From Carcharhinus longimanus (lineage: Eukaryota), in the NCBI GenBank assembly GCA_030264375.1, contig JASCQW010000122.1, positions 23,022,517 to 23,086,516 on the forward strand: DNA of 64,000 bases. The letters are read 5' to 3'. How positions within the stretch are numbered: position 1 is the stretch's first letter; the number at the start of each line of letters is the position of its first letter. The notes below the pieces were generated by a model. The model saw nothing but the letters and a program-made list of their open reading frames with translations. It was not told where the DNA came from and did not search any database. This document shows positions 37,922-49,402 of the stretch, piece by piece. A program made the position numbers and the translations under genes.

Positions 37922-39030
37922 TTTTTTTATTCATGACAATTGGGCATTGCTGGCAAGGCCAACATTTATTCCTAACACTAATTGCCTTTAAGCGGGTGGT
38001 GAGCTACTTGCAGTCTGTGTGAAGTTATTTCCGGAATGCTATGAAGTAGGGAGATCCAGTGACACAATAAGGGAACAACAACATATTTTCAAGCCAGGAT
38101 AGTGCAGGACTTAGAGAGAAACTTGAAGGTGGTGGTCTTGATGCCCTTATTCTTTTAGGCAGTATAAGTTGTAGGTTTGGAAGGTGAAGTTGTCTTGGCA
38201 AGTTGCTGCAGTGCATCTTGTAAATGATGTACTCTGTTGCCACAGTGTGCCAGTATTGAAGGAAGCTGAACATTTACGGAGGTGGATGGAACATGAAGCA
38301 AGAATATTTTGTCCTGGATGGCTTTGAGCTTTTTGAATTTTGTTGGAGCTGCATTCATTCAGGTAAGCAGGGGGCATTCCATTACACTGTTGACTTGTAC
38401 TTTTAGACAGCGTAAAGGCTTTGGGAAGTCAAGTGGGTCTCTTGCCACAGAACTCTCTAAGCCTCTGATCTTCTTCTGTAGCTACAGAATTTGCACGGCT
38501 GGCTTCTTGACTATAGTGATCACAGCAAACGTATGATGGGAATTCAGTGATGGTAATGCTGTTAATGGGAAGATGGTTAGATTTTCTCTTCCTGCAGATG
38601 GCCATTATCTGGCACTTCTGCAACTTAAATGTTGGTTGATCCAAGCTTGTATGCTGTCTGTTATGGCTGCTTCATTATCAAAAGAGTTATGAATGGAAGC
38701 AAACACTATGGAATCATGGACAAATTTCCCCACTTCTGACATTATGATGAAGTGAACATCATTGATGAATCAGTTTATGATGCTTGAGCCTAAGACACCG
38801 CCCTGAGGAACTCATTCTACAATGTCCTGGGGCTGGCATGATCAGCTTCCAACAACAAATATCTTCCTTTTGTATTTTGATACAACTCCAGCCAGAAGAA
38901 TTTTTCACCCTAATTCTCAAAGACTACATTTTTATTAGGGCTCTTGATGCATTGGTAAATGATAGTCACTTCCACCTCAGGGATTTAGCTCTTTAGCCCA
39001 TGTTTTGGACCAAAATTGGCAGATCCCAAA
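37922..39030 (-). mobile_element. CR1/L2-group LINE 3' ~1.1 kb sharing its tail with the Meta-type SINE
   Basis: Minus frames read MNAAPTKFKKLKAIQDK and YIIYKMHCSNLPRQL, with cagggcggtgtcttaggctc (QG.VLG). The rc tail tgggcattgctggcaaggccaacatttattcc...ctaattgcc matches the SINE tail. Confidence 0.82.
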
Positions 39031-41307
39031 CCATTGTCCAATTCCTTTTGAATTATTACAGCGCCATCATAGTTATGGTCACACGTCATGTTATAAACAC
39101 ACGGATGCTTAGCTTATTGTTTAATATCTGCAGTAGGCACACGACCATCACTAATCCTCTTGTTTAAGTGTTGTCAAGTACTAAATAGAGCATGGTTGCT
39201 TGGCATCAGAACTTAACAACCATTGCCAAAATAAAATCTCCCCAAGTAAAACTCAACAGAATATAGGCTAGATCTAGGCTCCAAGATAGCAATCTCTTAA
39301 TCATATGAGCTTTGTTCATAGTTTAGACATCATCCAAACAACTTAATGAGACGTGATTACTGTATGTTGAGTCATTCATTATTTGCTGTGCGATAGAAGC
39401 CCACATTTCCAACCCAATCTTTATATTGCCCCCATAAAAATTAGTTTTCCTTTACGTACTCTTCAGCAATAAACCAAATTCCAATGTGCATAAAATGATT
39501 TGAGTTCGCAAAAGATTCTTATCACTTTTTGCTGGAAAATATTTCTTAAGTGTAATTAAGAATGTACATCATTTTATGTGCAGCTGGTATTTTTATGCAT
39601 GTTGTTTGCAGTGTATATATTAAATAGTCCTGTGTTTGCTTTTACTATTAATACTGTGTCTTTTTGTGATCTTGCCAACAGGGACTTATGTTTGACTTGC
39701 CTCATGGTTGGCTAAGTGAGTTAACCTGTACAAATGCAGTATTAAGAACAAAGAAAACAGTTCATAGCAGCAATTCCTATACCAACTACAGGTTTGTGAA
39801 ACAGGTTACATTGGTGATTATAGCAAAATGATTTAAACCAGCTACTTTTCTATGTTTTCTAAAGGCAACAGAGGAAATTAAAGTGTAACTGTTACAACTT
39901 TTAATCTTTAAAGTAAAAGGCAGATAAAATAATTACAACCTTTAAAGAGAGATATTGTTCAGAAATGAGGCCATAATTCTCATTCCCATTACTCTGGAAA
40001 AGAAAGGGACTTTTGCAAATAGTAGTGTATTACTGATATTCCCAATGTATATCAGCCATGGTCCATGTAGGTGGCAAGAACTGCACAACATTCCAGGGAT
40101 ATATTCTTGTAAAGATCCTCCTATGGTAGGCTCTTATTTTCATCTTAAAAGTAGCAATGTTTTATTTCCAAACCAACAATCTTGTAAAGCTTATGACAAG
40201 CATCATATCCATGCAGCCCTTCAGTTTGACAGTCGAACATTAATCTTAGTGAATGCATTCAGCTGCCAGTGGCCAAGCTTCTGAGGTTTCAAGTCAGCCT
40301 GACCTTCAATACCTTTTACTCCTCCCCCTAACCCTACTCAACTACCTTGCCAAGAGCCCCCTGCTATTCAAGTATCATCTTGCTGTAACAAATTACACCA
40401 GGGACAGGATTACAGAACCTTCCATTCCCTCCTAGAGAGCAGGGAAATAAACATTCCCTCCCAGGATTTATCACCAGTTGTTTCTCAATCAGTAATCCTC
40501 TGGTTGCCATTTCTACAGAATAGGCTTCGAGGCTTGCAACAGTACTCTCACCCTTCCCCCAATCAAAAGTAAGCTGAATGTCTTAATTGTCTATTATGAA
40601 GTGAAAGACAAGGGCTTTCCTCTTCAATCCACATACAATGCTGGACTATCTCCACACACTTGTCTATCTGACAGCAGGCTACGAGAGCCTAATCCTGCAA
40701 ATTCGGGAAGGAAGAATGTCCCCTAAAGCTACTCATTCAGCTGATTTGCCGAATCTCCCAGGGATATGTGGCTAGCTATCACCTCTTCACTGCCAAATGA
40801 TGTGGATGCCAAAGACTTTGAACCACGCAGCCATTGGTGCAATTGCTTACAAAGAACACAGAAAAGCCAAGTAAAGTAAATTATATGCGTTGCTAAGGTC
40901 AGCAGGGAGGATTTAACCAAAGATTAACCCCTTCCCTTCCTAATAACAGCATTCAAGGGCAAAGATTGCAAACAGACTTATTTCCTTTGGAAACGTTTGC
41001 TGTTGTACATTTATGATACAGATAAGGCACTTCTTGGAAGTCCTGAGAACTAGCATGGTAAATATTTTCACAACAATGCCTTCCGGTTCTGTTGAAAGAT
41101 TATTGACCTGAAGTGAAGCATCTGTTTTTCCCTAAACCGCAGCTTGCTTCTAGCATGTTAGAATTCATTTTAAATAAAACTATGCTGGAGATTAGGCAAT
41201 CTTTGGACATGCTTTACAAAAGGGGAAGCTGAAAGCACAAGGAGCACTGCAAAAGCAGAAGGAGCAGAGCGATAGGGAGTCCAACAAGAAGCACCATATT
41301 AAATCGA

Positions 41308-41608
41308 CAGCATAGTGGCACATTGGTTGGCACAGCTACCTCACAGCTCCAGGACCCAAGTTCAATTCCAGCCTTGGGTCACTGTCTGTGCGGATTGTGC
41401 AAAGTCTGCACGTCTCCTCCTGTCGGCATGAGTTTTCTCCGGGAGCTGCAGTTTCCTCCCACAAGTCCGAAAGACGGGCGGGTTAGGTGCATTGGCCATG
41501 CTAAATTCTGCCTGTACCCGAAAAAAGTGTACCCGAACAGATGCCGGAGTGTGTCAACAAGGAGATTTTCACAGTAACTTCACTGCAGTGTTAATGTAAG
41601 CACACTTA
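41308..41608 (+). mobile_element. V-SINE, tail B, cut about 25 nt before its 3' end
   Basis: Head, V-domain and tail ...cagtaacttcactgcagtgttaatgtaagcacactt, then an abrupt switch to an antisense CR1. Confidence 0.9.
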
Positions 41609-42202
41609 GGACCATAGAAGATTACAGCACAGAAACAGGCCTTTTGGCCCTTCTTGGCTGTGCCAAACCATTTTTCTGCCTAGTCCCACTGACTGCACCT
41701 GGGCCATATCCCTCCACACCCCTCTCATCCATGTACCTGTCCAAGTTTTTCTTAAAAGTGAGCCCGCATTTACCACTTCATCTGGCAGCTCATTCCACAC
41801 TCCCACCACTCTCTGTGTGAAGAACCCCTCCTTAATATTCCCTTTAAACTTTTCTCCCTTCACCCTTAATCCATGTCCTCTAGTTTTTTTTTACTCCCCT
41901 AGCCTCAGTGGAAAAAGCCTGCTTGCATTCGCTCTATCTATATCCATCATAATTTTATACACCTCTATCAAATCTCCCCTCATTCTTCTAAGCTCCAGGG
42001 AATAAAGTCCTAACCTATTCAACCTTTCTCTGTAACTCAATTTCTCAAGTCCTGGCAACATCCTTGTAAACCTTCTCTGCACTCTTTCAGCCTTATTATT
42101 ATCCTTCCTGTAAATTGACCAAAACTGCACACAATATTCTAAATTCGGCCTCAACAATGTCTTATACAATCTCACCATAACATTCCAACTCTTATACTCC
42201 AA
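41609..42202 (-). mobile_element. CR1 LINE 3' ~600 bp, well preserved
   Basis: Minus ORFs read EYKSWNVMVRLYKTLLRPNLEYCVQFWS...RVQRRFTRMLPGL...RRMRGDLIEVYKIM and FFTQRVVGVWNELP. Confidence 0.95.
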
Positions 42203-42714
42203 CTGCTCAATCTTTTCTTACTTCCGTCTCAGACAGCTCACTATATAGTCTTCATTCCAGATTACACCATTTTCGCACTGCTTCGCTACAGTAGCTATGA
42301 GTTAATTTCCTCTCTCGTATGGCCTCCTTATACAACTGGCTGCACCTAATGATGTGTTTTTTTCTTGTTAATTCCAAGCAGGAATGCTCACTGCAAGTTG
42401 AAAGTGTTATAATAAACACTTTACAGTACATTAACACTACAACTGTGATATCAGCGTGAAACAGCTTTATTTCATACTGATGCTGTAGTTATCAGGATAA
42501 ATCTCTGGATTCAGTACATAGGGCTTCAGACTGGAAACAAAACAAGACTTTGGCCATATGCCCAATTCACAGCTCCATGATTTCCCATTCATTTAAGGTA
42601 ATGGATGTGCCTGATTTATGGTCTTCACAAGGACTGAAAATTAAATGATTGCAAATTGAGCACGAACAAATTTCTAACACACAGCCCAAACAAACAAAAG
42701 TCTGCACTGCAAGT

Positions 42715-43695
42715 GTTAGAAAGCTGCGAGTAGGAGTAAATGGATCATTCTCAGGGTGACAGGCTGTTACTAGTGGGATACCACAAGGATCTATGCTCGG
42801 TCCACAGCTGTTCACAACCTACATAATGATTTGGATTTGGGGACCTATCGCAATATTTCCAAATTTACTGATGGCAACAACTGGATGCAATATGAGTTGT
42901 GAGGAGAATGCAAGGAGGCTTCGTGAGGACTTGCTCAGGCTAAGTGAATGGGTTAGAACATGGCAGGAGAATAATGTAAATAAGTGTGAAGTTGTTCACT
43001 TTGATAGAAAAAGATAAGAAGCCAGAGTCTTTCTTAAATGGTGAGAAGTTGGGAAATGCAGGTGTCCAAGGGGATCTGGATTTCTTGTTAATGAGTCACT
43101 AAAAGCCATCAAGTAATTAGAAATGCAAATGCATGTTGGCTTTCATCGCAAGGGGATTTGAGCACAGATGTAAGGATGTCTTGCTGCAGTTATATGCAGC
43201 CTGAGTGAGACCTACCCTAAAGTGTAGTGCATAGTTTTTGTCCCCTTATCTAAGGAAGGATATACCTGCATCAAGGAATTGCAATGGAGGTTCCTCAGAT
43301 TAATCCCTGAGATGGCAGGATTGTTTGATGAGGAGAGATTGAGGAGATTGTGTCTGCATTCCCGAGAGTTTTGAAGAACGACGGGTGATCTCATTGAAAC
43401 TTATAACATTTTTTGCAGGGTGTGATAGGGTAGATGGAAATAAGTTGTCTCCCTATCTGTAAAGTCTAAAACCAGGAAACGTAGTCTTAGGTCAGTCAAG
43501 GAGTAGGCCATTTAAAACTGAGATTAGAAAGAATTTCTTCACTCAGAGAGTGGTAAATTTTTGAAATTTTCTATCCCAAAAGGCTGTGGAAGCTTAATCA
43601 TTGATCATGTGCAAGACAGAAATCAATAGGTTTCTGGAGACCAATGACATTGAGGCCTATAGAAATTGTGCAGGAAAGCGACATTGAGGTACTTC
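42715..43695 (+). mobile_element. CR1 LINE RT and 3' region
   Basis: agtgggataccacaaggatctatgctcggtcca (SGIPQGS.LGP), KF.D, RLSEW..TWQ..NVNKCEVVHF, GDLIETY, RKNFFTQRVV. Confidence 0.92.
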
Positions 43696-44919
43696 AGTTC
43701 CTAATGTAAATGCAACCTCAAGGCAGGGTGCAATCTGACACCATGGTAACATGGAATGAGATTTCTTGCAGGAAAATGTCAGGTACCAATTCTGAATTTA
43801 CACTACACAAATTTACAATACAATAACTCATAGACATCATGTCTCTGATAATGTGCTCCCAGTGAACAAGGTGCCTGTTGAATAGTATGGACTCGTAACT
43901 TTACCATGCAGTGCAAGTGTACCCCTTTAACTGTTAAAGATCTAAAACAAGCTCGGAAATAGAGTTGTTACATTCCTTTTAAACTAACCATTTTTAACAT
44001 TGTTTTGATCTTGCTAAGATGAGCAACAAAAAGAGAATGGGATATTTTTCCATTCAGGACACAAGAAGGGTGAAATTGGACACAGATATGTCAATTCTTT
44101 GGGATAGAAAGTGTGCGTTCTGTGCCTGATCATCTCTGAAAGTTCACCGGCAACCATACTTGTTTGGGAAACAGTTACTGTTCCTAGGCGGTCAGTTATA
44201 AGGGTGCTATACCAAGTAGAATGTTCCAAAAAGAGTTCTTTAACAGTTGATAGACTCCTTTCCCAAATTAATCTGTTGGAACGTTAGATCCCTTGACGCT
44301 TAACTGCGATCAGTGATTCTTGGTGCTAACAATTGGCAAATGGCTTGCATTAGGAATATCTGATAGGATCCTCAGCTACATTTTGGTATATTTCCGGTTA
44401 TGAGTTTACCTGATGTAGCTCCTGGTGGACCTTCTAGATGTTTTGGCTGAAATAGCAGCTTGTACGAATTATGGGTGTGATTTTCAACAGCAGCTTTGTG
44501 TGTCAAAAAATTGAGTTATTTATTGTTGAGAAATTGAACTGTTCCTAGATCTGCCACTGGGGCTGGCAGGGGGGGAGAATAGTAGCAGGCCTACTGGCAC
44601 ATAAAGGTGAAAAAAAATAGTTACTTAGGCCCTGTAGATCTTCTGAAATAATATGTTGCATCACAACTTTGGTGAGGTGCATTGTATTTAACAGCTCCAC
44701 TTTACCAGGGAGATTGTGTCTGAGCTAAGTCACCTGCTGTATCAACAACTGCAGCCCACTCAACAGCATCAAATGCATTTACTACCTATGGCTGAGAAGG
44801 TCACTGTGGTCCTTAATTTCAAGGCCTCAAAATCATTCCAAGCTGCAACAGGTGACCTTAGCATCATCTGCAGTGCACTGTTACAGAAAGAAGGGCACAA
44901 ATGCACTCTTCCCACAAAT

Positions 44920-46185
44920 ACCATAAGATATAGGAGTAGGAGTAAGCCGTTCGGCCCATTAAGTTTGCTCTGCCATTCAATGAGATCACGATGGATCTGA
45001 TACAATAATCCTCAATTCCACTTTCCTGCTTTATCCCCATAACCCTTGATTCCTTTACTGATTAAAAATGTCTATCTCAGCCTTGAACATATTTAACAAC
45101 CTAATTTCTACGTCCTCTGTGGTAAAGAGAAGAAATTCCTCTTTATCACTGTTTTAAAGAGGCGACACCTTACTCTGAGATTTTGGCCTCTGTAGCTAAG
45201 CTTTCCCACAAAGGGAAACAACTTCTCAGCATCTACTCTGTCAAGTCCCCTAAGTATCCTATATGCCTCAATATGATTACATCTTATTCTTTCAAACTCC
45301 AATGAGTACAGGCCCAATCTAAGAAAATCCCGCCATACCTGGGATCAACCCAGTGAATCTTCCCTGCACTGCCTCCAATGCCAGTATATATTTCCCTAGA
45401 TAAGGGGACCAAAACTGTTCACAGTATTCTAGGTATGGTCTAACTCGTGTCTTGTATAGCTTTAGCAAGTCTTCCCTATTTTTATACTCCATTGTCTTTA
45501 AAATAAAGGCCAACATTTCATTTGCCTTCCCTATTACCTGTTGAACTTGCATGCAAGCTTTTTACGTCTTATGCACGAAGACCCCCAAATTCCTCTATGC
45601 AGCAGCTTTCTGCAGTCATTCTCCATTTAGATAATATTCAGCTCCTTTATTCTTTCTATCAATGTGTATAATGTCACATTCCCCTACATTATATTCCATC
45701 TACCAAGTTTTTGCCCACTCACTTAACCTGTCTATATCCCTCCGTAGACTCTTTGGCCAGTACTGGTTTGGGCGAGACTTGTAAAATCCCACCCGAGGCC
45801 CATGGAGTATTCTGTTCTGCAAGCCGCACCCACCCCGGATGTGGCGGTAAAATTCCGGCCACTGTGTCATCCTCACCACTTGTCTTCCCACTTCATGGCA
45901 TCACCTGCAAAGCTGGCGATAGTACATTCACTTCCTTCGTCCACGTCATTAATATATATTGTAAATAATTGTGGGCCCAGCACTGATCCCTGTGGCAATG
46001 CACTAGCTACAGGCTGTCATCCTGAAAATGCTCCTCTTATTCCCAACTCCCTGTCTTCTATTAGTTAGCTAGTCCTATAAAAATTGCTAATAAACTACAA
46101 CAACACCATGGGTTCCTATCTTACGCAGGGTGTCTTAACTAAAATGTTTTTTGGAAATCCAAGAATATTACATCTACTGGTTCCA
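44920..46185 (-). mobile_element. CR1 LINE RT and 3' tail, with nested MITE
   Basis: Minus ORFs read QVQQVIGKANEMLAFI...RPYLEYCEQFWSPYL, GLYSLEF...YRILRGLDRVD and SLRRDIDRLSEWAKTW. Confidence 0.93.
45754..45861. mobile_element. Short MITE related to the 15648 element
   Basis: tggcc...gtaaaattccggcca interrupts the CR1 frame. It shares the internal aaaatcccaccc...atgga motif with 15675-15700. Confidence 0.7.
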
Positions 46186-46589
46186 GAATCATTTCCCCAC
46201 TTTTCCTTTGGTGGAAGAGCGCTCTGGGCTTCAACCAAGCTTCTGGTTTCCCACAGGTCCAGGGAATCACTGATTGTACACAAATTTTACCTGTGTGATT
46301 TGTATGAAGACACTGAAGTATTCATGAATGAGAAGTGCTACCACTTTATGCAATTCGTGTGTCCTGAGAAAATAGGTCATGCAGGTCTCAACTTGGTTTC
46401 CTATCAGTAATCATGAAGCCTTTGTCCTGTGTCAGTTCTAATCCCCTTCATCTCCACCCAGACTACTGGATGTCAGGCCTGCTGTTTGANNNNNNNNNNN
46501 NNNNNNNNNNNNNNNNNNNNNNNNNNNNNNNNNNNNNNNNNNNNNNNNNNNNNNNNNNNNNNNNNNNNNNNNNNNNNNNNNNNNNNNNN

Positions 46590-46666
46590 CTTGTAAACCT
46601 TCTCTGCACTCTTTCAACCTTATTAATATCCTTCCTGTAATTAGGTGACCAAAACTGCACACAATA
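46590..46666 (-). mobile_element. CR1 fragment next to a gap, same subfamily as 41609-42202
   Basis: Encodes VQFWSPNYRKDINKVERVQRRFT; similar to but not identical with 42063-42136. Confidence 0.88.
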
Positions 46667-46712
46667 ACTTGAGACACAGTTAATTGTGACACTAATAAAT
46701 AAACTTTAAAAC
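46667..46712 (+). mobile_element. Orphan terminal piece of V-SINE tail B
   Basis: acttgagacacagttaattgtgacactaataaataaacttt matches the ends of the 6869 and 35368 copies (acttgtgacactaataaataaa). Confidence 0.7.
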
Positions 46713-49122
46713 TTCAAATTTTAAATGTTAGTCCAGCTGTTTCCAAATATGTATCTCTTGCCAAAGTGTCCAAAAGCATTAATCACATCCACAAATTTTC
46801 GATACAAACTGAAACGAGACTTTGCCATTAGCAGGAATGCTCAGGGGTAAAATGAAAGATTTGAGCTTCAACTGAGTGTCTTTCCAACACAAGAATTAAA
46901 CACGTTCAGAAACATAGTCTCACCACACGTTCCTTCCATTTGTCATTGTTGCCAAAGGGACATGGACCAATTCAGATTCAACGTGAATGATAGAGGTAGC
47001 ATTCTCCACCTCAGCAACGATCCCATTCCTATCACACCATGTAACTTAAATCTTCAGCTAATACCATATTTGAATGATTTGATAATGAATCTATCGAGAT
47101 AGCATTCAGTGTGAAAGCAAACTAAAAAATTTGCAGCTATCCAACATTAGATGTATTTACTGGTTCCAAAAGGATGGACCAAAATTCCAAATGTAGTGTT
47201 TCACACTTCAGATTTTATTTTGGCAAAGCATAAACCAAAACCAGCAACGAATTAGCTGACAAATAGCAATTCCTGTTATCAGGTGATTAAGGGTTAACAG
47301 TGTTGGCAGAGTTCAAAACTGTAGTGATAAATTTACTCAAAGAGATCAAGCTTGATTGGTTGGGCAAAAGCAAGCCATTTTCAGATGTCAGGTATATCTT
47401 AAGAAAACTGTTCTTATTTACTTCATATGCATAGCTTTCAAAAGACTTCACTTAAGACAGATCTTGTACTATTACGGGATTAAAGTGCAATTTCATAAAG
47501 CTCACCAAGTTTTTTTTAAAATGATCTTTCATCCGTTGACAGAACCAAGGAGTCTTATGAGATATACTTCTTGTGCTCAGATTTCTTCACGTTTGATCAA
47601 TGTACTTTTAACATTTGGGAAATACATTATTAAGTAAAAGCACCTCAACAGGCCTCATGAGAAACCCAAGGAGGAAGTTGAAGCATAGGACTGACTAGCA
47701 AAAAAATAACATCCTATCTGCCCAGGTTTAATAGATCAGCTGTACAAGTGTAAAGCAATGTCATGGCAGACTTGATTTGTAGCACACAAATACTGTAAAG
47801 CAAACATGCTTGTTGTAATTATTTATTTGGAGAAAAAAGTAACATCTGATACATTAAATCTTTGTAGTGTAGTCACAATGATGAGATTTACTCAACTCTG
47901 TTTTTCTGACATTTACTGTAGACATAGGATGCAAAGGTTTATAGTTAACAAATCAATAACTAATTAAACCAATAATCAGCACAGAGAAGGCAACCTTTCC
48001 AATAATCAAGGAGTTAGCAAGTGTGATGGGGCCCTCAGGTAGAAAGCTACAATTTACAACTACACCTCTCAAATCCCAGTTTTTCCTTTTGTTTCAAAAA
48101 ATAAAGAGTTGTCTTAACGAGTGAAGGTTAATGATTGGAGATCAACTTACAGGCAAAAGCACAAGATGTTGTACCGTGTATATACACTGTCAAAATAGCT
48201 CATTCCTTAAGTAATTATGGTTTAAATGAACTGATGCAAAATAAATCAGTTGTTACTGTAAGCAAACAAAAATCAACAACTTGAATAGCCAGAGGGAGTA
48301 GGTAACAGCAGACAGGAGAATACTGCTGGAGATTGGAGGTGGGGGCGGGGCGGAGAGCCTTAGGTTTCATAGCCTCAGGGCAGGTCCAAGAGGCTTCAAC
48401 ATGCCTGTATTTGCTCAACAGCTCAGAAAGAAAGCTGCAATCTGCTGAAGGCAGGGCCAAGAGTTGTGCCTCCATCGTAGCTCTCTCCAAGAATAGGCCT
48501 GGATTTCATTAACCCTATCTTCTCCTCTCTCTTATATCAACACAATGACATGTCACTTACTGACAATTTCCAATTTCCATGTGCAGAAGGTACAGTAACT
48601 TACAAAACAGATTAGCTAATTCAAACCCATGTCTCAAACGTTACTAATATAGAAGCAGAATAACCTCACAGAACATAGCAAGAAATCAGCTTTCAAAAAA
48701 CTGGAAAGGGACACCTGCAATTCTCAATAGACAGATGTGGTTTTTGTTCTACAATAGCTGTTGAATTCAAAAAAAAGTATCCACTTTCACAAGACACGGA
48801 CTTTCCTTCAAGCCAGCTTTTTTAATAGTGTACTCACACACCACAGGATTCACACCTGTGGAACTTGTGGATGTGATTCTAGTGTCAAGACCCAAAAATG
48901 ATGAGACCCCACTTCCCTGGAGCTTCTCACTTCTCATTGTTCCAGTATCGATTTGTGCTCAGGATCTAGCTTCCAGATTTGAGCCATAGCCGATTAGTAT
49001 AGATGGTGCTTGACAGTGTCAGAGCAGTCCAAAACTAAATACATCAGGCATTTAAAAAGAAAATCAACATTTCTGTGAAAGATTTGTATTTGTCTGATAC
49101 TGCTTTTAAATCTAACAGGTGT

Positions 49123-49402
49123 GTCTATAGCACTTTTCACAATCACTTGACATCTCAGTGCTTTACAGCCAATGAACTGCATTGTGTAGTCACTGTTGCA
49201 ATGTGAGAAACATGACAGCCAATTTGCACGCAGCAAACTCCCAAACAGCAATCTGACAACGTCCAGATAAATCTGTTTACATGATGTAAATTAAGGGACA
49301 AATATTGACCAAGACACCAGGGATAATTCCCTTGCTCTTCTTCCGAATAACGTCATGGGATCTTTTACAACCCCTAAGGGGGCAGGCAGGATTTCTAGTT
49401 TT
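49123..49402 (-). mobile_element. DeuSINE
   Basis: tatagcacttttcac...ctttacagccaatgaa...cagccaatttgcacgcagcaaactccc...cttgctcttcttccgaataacgtcatgggatcttttac. Confidence 0.85.
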
